Shown: piece by piece, positions 19,176-28,133 of the stretch | Numbering within the stretch: position 1 is the first letter of the stretch | Layout of the letters: every line of letters starts with the position of its first letter | Source: Anaeromyxobacteraceae bacterium | Lineage (GTDB): Bacteria > Myxococcota > Myxococcia > Myxococcales > Anaeromyxobacteraceae | Assembly (NCBI GenBank): GCA_032654565.1 | Contig: JAULAX010000015.1 | Location: forward strand, 96,001 to 160,000 | Direction: 5' to 3' | DNA: 64,000 nucleotides | Made by a program: the position numbers and the translations under genes | The notes under the pieces: generated by a model | Seen by the model: the letters and a program-made list of their open reading frames with translations, nothing else | The model's database searches: none | What the model was told of the DNA's origin: nothing

Positions 19176-19742
19176 TCAGCGCCGGGGGCGGCGCGGGGCC
19201 GGGCGGTGCGCCGGGCGGGTGGCCTCGGCGTCGCCGGCGCGGCGCAGGGTGGCCGGGGGGGCGCCCGAGGCGGTGAAGGCCGGGCCGCCCTCCTGCTTCA
19301 CCTTCCACTCCTCCCAGAGGTTGAGCACCAGCGAGACGTCGCGGAGCGGGAGGTCCTTCTTGAGGTGCGGGAACTCGCCGATGAAGTCCTTGAAGAACTG
19401 GTCGTAGCGCTGCGGCGTGAAGTAGCGGAGCAGGGTCTCGCGGCCGTGGGCGTCGACGTCGAGGAACTCGATCCCCATGCCCGGCGCCAGGGTCTCGTCC
19501 TCCAGCTGCACCGCGTGGGTGACGCGGGAGCGGATGGCCAGCGGCTTCTCGGGCAGCTTCAGCTCGACGTGGACGTCGAGCTGCTCCGGCAGCAGGAAGC
19601 TGGAGGCCACGAAGAGGCCGCCCAGCCCCAGGTTGCGGGAGGTGCAGTAGGCCTCGAACTTCAGCCCGTCCCGGCCGGGGATGAACAGCCGGACGGGGAG
19701 TTCGATCTCGATCCGTTCGTATCGCCGCGTCGGTTCGGTCAC
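19176..19742 (-). CDS. PilZ-domain protein
   Basis: RRYERI (RxxxR) and NLGLGGLF (D/NxSxxG-like), GMGIEF. Confidence 0.8.
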   Translation of the reverse strand: MTEPTRRYERIEIELPVRLFIPGRDGLKFEAYCTSRNLGLGGLFVASSFLLPEQLDVHVELKLPEKPLAIRSRVTHAVQLEDETLAPGMGIEFLDVDAHGRETLLRYFTPQRYDQFFKDFIGEFPHLKKDLPLRDVSLVLNLWEEWKVKQEGGPAFTASGAPPATLRRAGDAEATRPAHRPAPRRPRR

Positions 19743-19763
19743 GGGCAGGACGATAACACCGGG

Positions 19764-22568
19764 TCAGCGGAAAATCTTGCCGATCCCCCCGGCCTTGAGC
19801 TCGCCCATCTCCTTGGCCAGCCGCCCCAGCCGGTCGGTCTTGTCGGTGACCTCGCGGCTGAGCCGGGCGATCCGCTGGTCGCGGTCTGCCAGCGCCGCCG
19901 CCAGCTGCTCCTTCTCGGCCACCACCCGGGCCAGGGCCTCGGGGTCACCGCCGGCGGCGCCCGGCGAGGCCACGGCGTGGGCGGCCAGCTCGGCCTGCAC
20001 CCGCACCAGCTCCGCCCGCAGCCCCTCCACCTCCAGCTCCCGCGCCTCCTGGCCGCCGCCCACCCGGGCCAGCTCGGCCCGGAGCGGCTCCAGCTCGGCG
20101 CGCACCGCCGCCAGCTCGCCCCGCAGCCGCGCCACCTCGGCCAGCGCCGCGGCGTCGCCCCCCTCGGCGGGCGGCCGCTCCAGCTGCTGCAGCGAGGCCA
20201 GCCGCTGCTCCACCTCCTCCTTCTCCCAGCGGACCGCCTGCAGCTCGGCGTCGAGGGCCGCGGCCTGCCCCTCGGCGGTCTCGGCCGCCTGCCGCGCCTC
20301 CGCGAGGGCCCGCTCGGCGCTCGCCGCCGCCCCCCGCGCCGCCTCCAGCTCCTCCGGCGAGACCCCGGCGGGCGCCGCCGGCCGGGCCGCCTCCTCCAGC
20401 GCCGCCTCCAGCGCCGCCTCGGCCTGGCGGGTCCTGGCCTGGGCCTCGCTGGCCCGCTCCTTCTGCAGCCGGGCCTCGGCCTCGGCCGACGCCCGCTGCG
20501 CCTCCAGCTCGCGGAGCCGGTCGGCGGCGCCGTGGATGATGGCGCGGGCCTCGTCGAGCTGGGCCACCAGCTGCTCCCGCTCCCGGTCGGCCTGCTGCTG
20601 CGCCTCGTCGAGCTGCGTCGCCAGGCCGTCGCGCTCGCCGGCCAGGTTGGTGCGCTCCTCGCCGAGCCGCGCCGCCTGCTCGGCGAGCTGGGCCACCTCG
20701 CCGGCCAGCCGCTCCGCCTCGGCAGCCTGCTCGACCCGCCGGGCCTCCAGCTCGGGCGACGGGGTGGCCACCGGGACCGGCGGCGGCGCGCTCCGCAGCG
20801 CCTCCAGCTCGCCGCGGGCCTCCTCCAGCGCCTCGCCGGTGGACCGCAGCTCCACCCGCAGCTCGGCCAGCACCGCCGTGGCCCGGGACGCCTCGCCGCG
20901 CGCCTCGTCGATCTCGCGCAGCGCCACCTCGGCCTCGCCGCGCGCCGTCACCGCCTCCTCGCGCAGCCGGTCGAGCTCAGCGCGCGCCACCCCCAGGCCG
21001 GCCTCGACCTCCTCGACCCGGGCCCGGAGCGCGGCCTCCTGGCCGGCGGCGCCGGCCGCCTGGGCCCGCCCCGCCTCCAGCTCGGCGCGCAGCGCGCTCA
21101 GCTCGCTGACCCGCTGGTCGAGCCCCTCCTCCAGCTCCTGCACCCGCGCCTCGGCGGCGTCGGCCCGGGCCAGCGAGACCTCGAGCACGCTGCGGGCCGC
21201 CTGGGCCTCGGCCCGCGCCGCCCGCAGCCCGGCCTCGGTCTCGACGCCGGAGCTGGACCGCTCGGCCAGCTCGGTCACCGCCCGGGTCCGGTCCTCGCCG
21301 AGCCGCGTCGCCTCCAGCTCGGCCTCGGCCAGCCGCTGCCGGAGCGCCTCCTGCTGCTCCCGCAGCTCCTCGAGCTCCCGCTGGCGCAGCGCCTGCTGCC
21401 CGCGCAGCTCGTCGAGCTCACGCTGGCGCGGCTCCTGCTGTCCGCGCAGCTCGTTCAGCTCCCGCTCGCGCAGCCCCAGCAGCGCCCCCAGCCGCTCGGC
21501 GTCCGCCTTGGCCGCCGCGCCCGCCTCCCGCTCGGCGTCGCAGAGCGCCTCGACGCTGCGCAGCTTCTCCAGCGCCTGGTCGCCGTCCCGGCTCCCCTGC
21601 TCCAGCCTGGCCAGGGCGGCGTGGGCCTCGGCCTCGCCGGCCATGGCCGCCTCGCGGTCCTGCAGCAGCCCCTCCCGCTCCTCGGCGGCCGCCTGCCGCT
21701 CCAGCCGCAGGGTGTCGCGCTCGGCCGCCAGCGCCGCCCGCTCCTCCTGCAGCCGGGCCAGCTCGGCCGCGGCCGCCTCGCCCGCCGCCCCCAGCTCGAC
21801 CACCCGGGCCTCGAGCGCCGCCACCGCGCCGCCGGCCTGGGCCGCGCCGGCCACCGCCGCCTGGCGCGAGGCCGCGGCGTCGTCGAGCAGCTGCCGCGAC
21901 GGCAGCGCCACCATGGTGATGCCGCTGAGCCCGGTCGGCCCCTCGCCGCAGAGCACCAGGTAGGCGGCGGCGTCGGCGTCGCCGGCCTGCGAGCCGTCGA
22001 TGCTGACCTCGGCCTCCTCGCCCTCCGGCGGCGGCACCGCGATGATGTAGCCGACCGAGGCCGACTGGGTGGCCACCTCCACCCAGGGGAAGTGCTCGGT
22101 CATGGCGGCGATGAAGGTCTCGTAGGCCGGGCTCTGCACCGGGGTGGCGTCGCCGGCCAGCTCGGCCAGGGAGCGCCCCCCGGCGGCGGGGATGGCGGTG
22201 ACCAGGTGCCCCTTCTCGGCCAGCAGCCGGCGCAGCGCGGTGAGGCCGGCCGGGTCGTCGGCCAGCGAGGCGCCGTCGGCCAGGAGGATGAGGTCGAAGG
22301 CCCCGGCCGGGAGTGAGGCCAGCGGGGCGTCGTCGAAGCGGACGAAGGGGTGGTGGCCGGCGGCGCGGGCCGTCTGGAGCGCCTCGTCCCCCTCGACCAG
22401 CGACAGCACCGCGGCGGCGCCGCGCTCGGCCAGCAGGAGCGCGCTGGCCCCCCCGGTGGCGGCGGCCGCCCCCAGCTCGAGGACCCGTCGCCCCGTCAGC
22501 AGGGGCTCGATGAAGCTGTAGCGGGCGAGGATCTCACCGGCGCCGTGGCGCGCAAAGAAGGAGGCCAT
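19764..22568 (-). CDS. Methyltransferase-like N-terminal domain fused to a long coiled coil
   Basis: ARYSFIEPLLTGRRVLELG...FDLIL...LRRLLAEKGHLV, then about 650 aa of E/A/R/L-rich heptads. Confidence 0.75.
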   Translation of the reverse strand: MASFFARHGAGEILARYSFIEPLLTGRRVLELGAAAATGGASALLLAERGAAAVLSLVEGDEALQTARAAGHHPFVRFDDAPLASLPAGAFDLILLADGASLADDPAGLTALRRLLAEKGHLVTAIPAAGGRSLAELAGDATPVQSPAYETFIAAMTEHFPWVEVATQSASVGYIIAVPPPEGEEAEVSIDGSQAGDADAAAYLVLCGEGPTGLSGITMVALPSRQLLDDAAASRQAAVAGAAQAGGAVAALEARVVELGAAGEAAAAELARLQEERAALAAERDTLRLERQAAAEEREGLLQDREAAMAGEAEAHAALARLEQGSRDGDQALEKLRSVEALCDAEREAGAAAKADAERLGALLGLRERELNELRGQQEPRQRELDELRGQQALRQRELEELREQQEALRQRLAEAELEATRLGEDRTRAVTELAERSSSGVETEAGLRAARAEAQAARSVLEVSLARADAAEARVQELEEGLDQRVSELSALRAELEAGRAQAAGAAGQEAALRARVEEVEAGLGVARAELDRLREEAVTARGEAEVALREIDEARGEASRATAVLAELRVELRSTGEALEEARGELEALRSAPPPVPVATPSPELEARRVEQAAEAERLAGEVAQLAEQAARLGEERTNLAGERDGLATQLDEAQQQADREREQLVAQLDEARAIIHGAADRLRELEAQRASAEAEARLQKERASEAQARTRQAEAALEAALEEAARPAAPAGVSPEELEAARGAAASAERALAEARQAAETAEGQAAALDAELQAVRWEKEEVEQRLASLQQLERPPAEGGDAAALAEVARLRGELAAVRAELEPLRAELARVGGGQEARELEVEGLRAELVRVQAELAAHAVASPGAAGGDPEALARVVAEKEQLAAALADRDQRIARLSREVTDKTDRLGRLAKEMGELKAGGIGKIFR

Positions 22569-22621
22569 GTTGCCGGGATGCTACCCCGGCGCGGCGGGCC
22601 TGTCGCAGAAGTGGCCGGCCC

Positions 22622-24604
22622 TCATGGACGCGTCAGCTGTCCGCTGACGACGGCGGCGGTCGGGTCGACGGTGCAGTCGACCCCCGCGGGCGTCACGCCG
22701 ACCGGCGACGGGGCGGTGGAGGTGCACCCGGCCGTGAAGCCGGTGAAGGTGTTGCCGGGGAAGGCGGTGGCCCGCAGGAGCAGGGTGTTCCCGGCCGGGG
22801 TCTGGCACCAGCAGGGCGCGTAGATGGTGGTCGGGAAGGTGCAGCTCCCGAAGCCGGTGTTGTCACAGGTCCCGCCGCCCGAGACCACGGTCACCTCGCC
22901 GCCGGTGCCGGCCGGCATCGGCCCGGTCAGGCTCACCAGCTGGGTCAGCGCCGGGGTGGCCGTGAAGGTCACGGTGGCGGTGGTGTCGGCGCTGACGGTG
23001 ATCGGGCAGGGGGAGCTGGTGCAGTCGGGGGCCGCCGGGGCGAAGGTCAGCGAGGTGAAGCCGTAGCCGGCGTCGGGCGTGACGGTGAGCGTGACCACGG
23101 TGCCGGGCGCGACGTCGGCGGTGCAGGTGCCCTCGACCCGGTAGCCGAGCGGAACGCAGTCGATGCCCCCCAGGTCGCTGGTGACCGCACCGGCCCGCGT
23201 GCCGGCCGGGCCGCCGTCGACCGTGAGCCGGACCGTGGGCAGGAGCTCGAACCCCATGCGGACGGTGGTGTCGGCGTCGAGCGTGACGGCGCAGGTGGCG
23301 CCGGCACACGCGGTGGCCGGCGCGGGCGTGACCGACCAGCTCGCCCGCGTGCTCCCGGCCTCCGGCGTGGCGGTGAGCGTCACCACCGTGCCCTGCGGGA
23401 GGTTGGCGGCGCAGGTGCCGGTGCCGACCGTGGCGCCGGTCAGCAGGCAGGCGATGGCGCCGGCGCTGGCGGTCACGGTGCCGCGGCCGGCGGTGAGGGT
23501 GGTGGCACCCTCGACCGTGAGCAGCCGGGTCGGGATCGACGTCGGGGCGAAGGTGGGGGTGGCGGTCCAGGCCTCGCCGGGCAGGGGGGTGAAGGTGCAG
23601 CTGGGTCCGGTGCAGTGGAACCCCGTGAGCGGCATCGACTCGAACTTCCGCAGCTCGAACCCGGCCGCCGGGTGCGCGGTGAGCGTCACCGGGAGGTACG
23701 ACGGCAGGTCGGCGGTGCAGCTCCCGGTCCCGGCGCCCGGCCCCAGGAACGCGCAGTCGATTCCGGGCGGCTCGCTGGTCACCTTCCCGTCGCCGCCGCC
23801 GCCGAGGACGGTGAGCGGCGAGAGGTCGGGCGTGTCGAGCACCACCTTCGCCGAGACCTGCGTGGTGCCGACCGGCGCCGTGAACGTGCAGGTCGGCGAG
23901 GCCCCGGTGCACGGTCCGCTCCACTCGAGGTGGGCCGGTACCGATATCGCGGTTCCAGTTCGGGTCACCTTGAAGATCGTCTTGAGGGTCACCGGGGTGG
24001 CCCTGGTCCAGCTGGCGAGGCAGTCGGACCACGACTTGCTGAGCGGACGGAGGAGGCTGTCGGAGGGGACGTAGACGAATTGGAAGGGTTCACACCAGAG
24101 ATCGCCGGTGTCGTCGACGTAGACCGCGACGCTCACGTCGTAGGGTCCGGCGACTTTGTCGACTGCCACTTCCACGCGCGCCTCGCCCTCGAACCTGACC
24201 GTCACCATGCTGGGGCTTCCCCCGTGCGAGCCGTCCTCGTTCAGTGCACAGCTGGTCTCGGACGTTCCGGGCTGGCACACCAACACGCGGTAGAGCCACT
24301 CACCGAAGGTGGACCCGGTCGCCGGGACCGCCTCCAGGAGCTTGCCCTGGAGCGAGCGGTAGTCCGTCAGCCTGCAGGTCCCGGTCACCGTGGCTCCGGT
24401 CTTGACGCAGTCCCCCTGGAAGGTCCGGACGGTCCCGTCGCCTCCACCCGTGAAGTGGATGTCGATGGTGTACTCGTCCGCCCTGGGGCATCCCGCCGCG
24501 ACGACCGCCAGCGCGAGCCACGCGACGACCGGGACCAGTGGCCGCCTCGTGCACGGCACCACCTCGACCGGCGGGGAAACGGCAGAACGCGACCCGAGTC
24601 CCAT
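22622..24604 (-). CDS. Lipoprotein with Cys-containing divergent InlB-B/Flg_new-like repeats
   Basis: WLALAVVAAGC lipobox; ~85-95 aa repeats G.VTS..GIDC...CTA....T.VTLTA.P.AG. Confidence 0.75.
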   Translation of the reverse strand: MGLGSRSAVSPPVEVVPCTRRPLVPVVAWLALAVVAAGCPRADEYTIDIHFTGGGDGTVRTFQGDCVKTGATVTGTCRLTDYRSLQGKLLEAVPATGSTFGEWLYRVLVCQPGTSETSCALNEDGSHGGSPSMVTVRFEGEARVEVAVDKVAGPYDVSVAVYVDDTGDLWCEPFQFVYVPSDSLLRPLSKSWSDCLASWTRATPVTLKTIFKVTRTGTAISVPAHLEWSGPCTGASPTCTFTAPVGTTQVSAKVVLDTPDLSPLTVLGGGGDGKVTSEPPGIDCAFLGPGAGTGSCTADLPSYLPVTLTAHPAAGFELRKFESMPLTGFHCTGPSCTFTPLPGEAWTATPTFAPTSIPTRLLTVEGATTLTAGRGTVTASAGAIACLLTGATVGTGTCAANLPQGTVVTLTATPEAGSTRASWSVTPAPATACAGATCAVTLDADTTVRMGFELLPTVRLTVDGGPAGTRAGAVTSDLGGIDCVPLGYRVEGTCTADVAPGTVVTLTVTPDAGYGFTSLTFAPAAPDCTSSPCPITVSADTTATVTFTATPALTQLVSLTGPMPAGTGGEVTVVSGGGTCDNTGFGSCTFPTTIYAPCWCQTPAGNTLLLRATAFPGNTFTGFTAGCTSTAPSPVGVTPAGVDCTVDPTAAVVSGQLTRP

Positions 24605-24927
24605 GGCGCCCCCTCTCTGGGTGAGACGAATAGTGAATACGCTACGCGCCTCGAGAGACCATCACAAGCCATGTCCCGGTGACACGACCCCCGGCTCCGA
24701 CGCGACGCGGCGAGGAGTCCGGCCCGAGCTCGACCGACCGCGGCGGCCGGTAGGAGATCGGCCGCCCGAGGTCCTCGTTGACCGTGATCGGCAGGCCCTC
24801 CTTCGACCCTGGCCTGGCGAGGACGGGACGGTCGGCCAGCGCCCTGGCTGCTCACCACGCCGAGGTCGTCCGCGAGGCGGCCACATCGCCGTGACCGCTG
24901 GGGATTCCAGGAATCGCTCCCGCCCCG

Positions 24928-24970
24928 GTCAGATCCGCCCGGCGGTCTTGTCTGCAGTTCAGAAGGCGCG
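24928..24970 (+). promoter_or_regulatory. Putative ECF promoter, copy 1
   Basis: GTCAGAT(24928-34)-N14-TGTC(24949-52)-N9-GAAGGCGCG. Confidence 0.65.
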
Positions 24971-25013
24971 ACCGACCAGCCACGAGCGCCCCGACCTCGA
25001 AAGGGAGAACGCC

Positions 25014-25187
25014 ATGACCACCTCCACCCGCACCGCCCCGACCTTCACCGTCCGCGCCGGCACCTCCAACGCCCGCGCCCTCTTCATCGCCGCCCTCTGC
25101 GCCTTCATCGTCACCTCCTTCCTCGTCGACGTGCAGCGCGGCGCCTCCTCCGCCTCCCCCGCCGCCGCCGCCGAACTGCGCACCTAG
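25014..25187 (+). CDS. Small single-TM protein, paralog 1 (57 aa)
   Basis: [69 protein letters not shown]3-biased codons; two paralogs nearby. Confidence 0.8.
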   Translation: MTTSTRTAPTFTVRAGTSNARALFIAALCAFIVTSFLVDVQRGASSASPAAAAELRT

Positions 25188-25256
25188 GGCCCCGGGCCGG
25201 GGCCCGCCGGGCCCGCCCGGTGGCCGGCGGGCCGGCGAGCCGCTACCATCGGCGCC

Positions 25257-25826
25257 ATGGAGCTCGAGCAGCTCATCCGCGAGCGGCAGGCGGCCGGCGA
25301 CGACGCCGGCGCCGCCACCGCGGTGATCGAGGCGCTCGGCCCCGGCATCCTGCGCTACCTGCGCTCCCTGCTGCGGGTCGAGGACGACGCCGCCGACGCC
25401 TTCTCGCAGTGGTCGGAGAACGTCTGGACCGGCCTGCCGTCGTTCCGCGGCGACGCCTCGCTGAAGACCTGGAGCTACCGGCTGGCCTGGAACGCCGCCC
25501 AGAACCTGTGCAACGAGGCCTGGCGCCGCCGCGGCCAGCGGCTGGCCACCGGGCAGGCTTCGGCCCTGGCCCTGTCGATCCGGACCAGGTCGGTGGTGGT
25601 GGTGGAGCGGCAGCGCCAGGCGCTGGAGCAGCTGCGCGAGGCGCTCTCCGACGAGGACCGGTCGCTGCTGATCCTGCGCATCGACCAGCAGCTGGCCTGG
25701 AGCGAGGTGGCCGAGGTGCTGGCGGCCGACGGCCAGCGGATCGAGCCGGCCACGCTGATGAAGCGGTTCGAGCGGATCAAGGCCCGGCTCGGCGAGCTGG
25801 CCCGGGCCCGCGGCCTGCTGGGCTGA
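25257..25826 (+). CDS. ECF-type sigma-70 factor
   Basis: Region 2 (ILRYLRSLL..DDAADAFSQ..VWTGLPSFRGDASLKTWSYRLAWN) and region 4 (LSDEDRSLLILR..LAWSEVAEVL..TLMKRFERIKARL). Confidence 0.88.
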   Translation: MELEQLIRERQAAGDDAGAATAVIEALGPGILRYLRSLLRVEDDAADAFSQWSENVWTGLPSFRGDASLKTWSYRLAWNAAQNLCNEAWRRRGQRLATGQASALALSIRTRSVVVVERQRQALEQLREALSDEDRSLLILRIDQQLAWSEVAEVLAADGQRIEPATLMKRFERIKARLGELARARGLLG

Positions 25827-25962
25827 CGGCGTCACCTGCCCGGGCCGGCGGCGCCACGCGGTCGGGCCAACCCGGGGAGGTTCGAAGCGGCGTGGCCGGC
25901 CGGTTCAGGTCCACGAGCTTCCAGGGGATCTCCGGAGCTTCCGGGGGGACCCGCCTGGCGGC

Positions 25963-26005
25963 GTCAGATCGCGGCCGGCCTCCTGTCCATGGGTCGGAAG
26001 GCGCG
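25963..26005 (+). promoter_or_regulatory. Putative ECF promoter, copy 2
   Basis: GTCAGAT(25963-69)-N14-TGTC(25984-87)-N9-GAAGGCGCG with spacer sequences diverged from copies 1 and 3. Confidence 0.65.
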
Positions 26006-26046
26006 TCGACCACCCGGCGCGCACACGACCAGGAGAGGGAACCACC

Positions 26047-26217
26047 ATGACCGCCCCATCCCGCCCCGCCCCGATGTTCACCATCCGCTCCGCCACCTCC
26101 GCCGCCCACGCCATCTTCCTCGCCGCCCTCTGCGCCTTCCTGCTCACCGCCTTCCTGGTCGACGTGCAGCGCGGCGCCTCCCGCCCCGACACGCCGGTGG
26201 CCGCGCAGCGGTCCTAG
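26047..26217 (+). CDS. Small single-TM protein, paralog 2 (56 aa)
   Basis: MTAPSRPAPMFTIRSATSAAHAIFLAALCAFLLTAFLVDVQRGASRPDTPVAAQRS; AGGAGAGGGA SD. Confidence 0.8.
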   Translation: MTAPSRPAPMFTIRSATSAAHAIFLAALCAFLLTAFLVDVQRGASRPDTPVAAQRS

Positions 26218-26352
26218 GACCTTGCACCATCAGTCATCGGGCGACCGCGTCGAGCAGCGCGCCCTCCGGCCCCCACGGCGCCGCGCCGGGCCGCGGTGAA
26301 ATCGGCCACGTCCGCGTGACTGCTGGGGATTCCAGGAATCCTTCGCGCCCCT

Positions 26353-26395
26353 GTCAGATTCGCCCGGCGGTCTTGTCTGCAGTTCAGAAGGCGCG
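26353..26395 (+). promoter_or_regulatory. Putative ECF promoter, copy 3
   Basis: GTCAGAT(26353-59)-N14-TGTC(26374-77)-N9-GAAGGCGCG. Confidence 0.65.
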
Positions 26396-26437
26396 AAGGA
26401 ACACCCGAAGCGCCCCGACCTCGAAAGGGAGAACGCC

Positions 26438-26608
26438 ATGACCACCTCCACCCGCACCACCCCGACCTTCACCGTCCGCGCCGGCACCTCCAACGCCCGC
26501 GCCCTCTTCATCGCCGCCCTCTGCGCCTTCATCGTCACCTCCTTCCTCGTCGACGTGCAGCGCGGCGCCTCCCGCCCCGACGCGCCGGCCGCCGAGCTCC
26601 GCACCTAG
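26438..26608 (+). CDS. Small single-TM protein, paralog 3 (56 aa)
   Basis: MTTSTRTTPTFTVRAGTSNARALFIAALCAFIVTSFLVDVQRGASRPDAPAAELRT; near-identical to paralog 1. Confidence 0.8.
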   Translation: MTTSTRTTPTFTVRAGTSNARALFIAALCAFIVTSFLVDVQRGASRPDAPAAELRT

Positions 26609-26807
26609 CTGCCGGGTTCCTGGGACCCGGCGCCCTGGGGTGGGTGCCGAGGTCCCGGACGACGCGGGTCGGCCGCCTCGATCGCCTCGGGGCGGCCTTC
26701 CCGCGGGTGGCTTCGCCGGCGGGACCGCCGGTGGGCTGCGACGCCGGCGAGGATCGCCGCCAGCGGCTCGACAGCACCTCCGCCTGTCGGCGACACTCCT
26801 CCCCGCC

Positions 26808-27395
26808 ATGGCTCCACCGACCTCGCCGACCGTCCGCGCGGCCCACCTGCTCGAGGACCTCCGGTCGCTGACCGTCCTCGGCCCCGCCGACGCGGCCAGC
26901 GTGCTGGCCCTGCTTCCCCCGGCCTCGCTCCGGGCCATCGAGGGGGCGGTGCCGACCGCCCGACTGCCGCTGGCCCTCAACCTGGAGATGGCCGAGGCGG
27001 TCCACCGGGTGGCCGGTGAGGACGGCTGCCGGCGCTGGGGCACCGCCTCGCTGCTGGCCTCGCTCGACGGCTTCTTCAAGCCGCTCTTCCTCGGCATCAC
27101 CAGGCTGGTGGCCCCCTCGCCGGCGCTGATGTTCAAGACCCTGCCGCAGGGCTGGTCCACCGCCTACCAGGGCTGCGGCCAGATCACCGTGGCGCAGCCG
27201 GCCCCCGGCCAGACCCGCCTCGCCTGCGTGGGGATCGCCCCGGCCATGCTGACGCCGGCCTTCCTCCACGCCGTCAGCGGCACGCTGGCCGCCGCCTTCG
27301 AGGTCTCGCCCTACACCGGCACCGTCACGCTGGAGCCCTGGGGCCCCGGGGCCGACCAGGTGAGCTGGCTGGTGACCTGGAAGAAGGCGGGGTAG
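26808..27395 (+). CDS. Hypothetical protein, possibly V4R/H-NOX-like fold
   Basis: Good codon bias from ATG 26808; helical N-half, WSTAYQGCG followed by a beta-rich C-half ending SWLVTW. Confidence 0.55.
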   Translation: MAPPTSPTVRAAHLLEDLRSLTVLGPADAASVLALLPPASLRAIEGAVPTARLPLALNLEMAEAVHRVAGEDGCRRWGTASLLASLDGFFKPLFLGITRLVAPSPALMFKTLPQGWSTAYQGCGQITVAQPAPGQTRLACVGIAPAMLTPAFLHAVSGTLAAAFEVSPYTGTVTLEPWGPGADQVSWLVTWKKAG

Positions 27396-27437
27396 GCGGG
27401 CCGGGGCCGCCGGGCGGTGCGGCGCCGGTGGGCCGCG

Positions 27438-27971
27438 CTACGCCGGCAGCTGCAGCAGCGCCACGTGGGGCAGGTTGCGCAGCCGCCCGTCGTGGTCGAG
27501 GCCGTAGCCGACCACGAACCGGTCCTCGATGGTGAAGCCCTTGTAGTCGACGGGCACGTGCACCTTGGCGCGCGCCGGCTTCTCCAGCAGCGCCGCCACC
27601 TTCAGGCTGCGCGGGTGGCGGGTGGCCAGGTTGTCGAGCAGGTAGCGGACGGTCAGGCCGGTGTCGACGATGTCCTCCACCAGCAGCACGTCCTCGCCCT
27701 GGATGGAGCGGGCCAGGTCGTGGGTGATGCGGACCACGCCGGTGGTCTCGGTGCCGGAGTAGGAGGAGACCCCGATGAAGTCCACCTCCAGCTCGGGCAG
27801 CGGGATGGCGCGGACCAGGTCGGCGAGGAACATGAAGCTCCCCTTGAGCACCCCGACGCAGATGAGCCGCCGGCCGGTGTGCTGGCGGGCGATCTCCTTG
27901 CCCAGCTCGGCGATGCGGGCCTGGATCTGCTCGGCGGAGATGAGGACCTCGGTGCGGTACGGGGCGGTCAT
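27438..27971 (-). CDS. hpt: Hypoxanthine phosphoribosyltransferase
   Basis: GVLKGSFMFLADLVR, VLLVEDIVDTGLT, FVVGYGLD. Confidence 0.96.
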   Translation of the reverse strand: MTAPYRTEVLISAEQIQARIAELGKEIARQHTGRRLICVGVLKGSFMFLADLVRAIPLPELEVDFIGVSSYSGTETTGVVRITHDLARSIQGEDVLLVEDIVDTGLTVRYLLDNLATRHPRSLKVAALLEKPARAKVHVPVDYKGFTIEDRFVVGYGLDHDGRLRNLPHVALLQLPA

Positions 27972-28111
27972 GGGGTGGGCATCCTACCGCCGAGTCGCCG
28001 GGCGTGGGCGAGCGGCGTGGTTCGATGATCTGGCGATTCCCGACGTCGGGAATCGCGAATGGGGGGGGGGCACAGAGGGGCGAGGCGACCGGCCGGCTGG
28101 CGTGGCCGGTG

Positions 28112-28133
28112 CATTCATACGGTGATATGAATG
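28112..28133. promoter_or_regulatory. Probable antitoxin operator
   Basis: Perfect inverted repeat CATTCATA-cggtga-TATGAATG overlapping the antitoxin start. Confidence 0.6.

Noticed and set aside
16800..22316. Very long ORF-track entries (1838 aa here; also 132-1997, 31961-34423, 41446-45945 and others)
   Set aside because: Antisense or off-frame shadows of recognisable genes; stop codons are rare at this GC content and the translations are low-complexity.
25014..26608. Small paralogs as Flp pilins or RiPP precursors
   Set aside because: No G/xxxxEY pilin motif and no peptidase or modification enzymes nearby.
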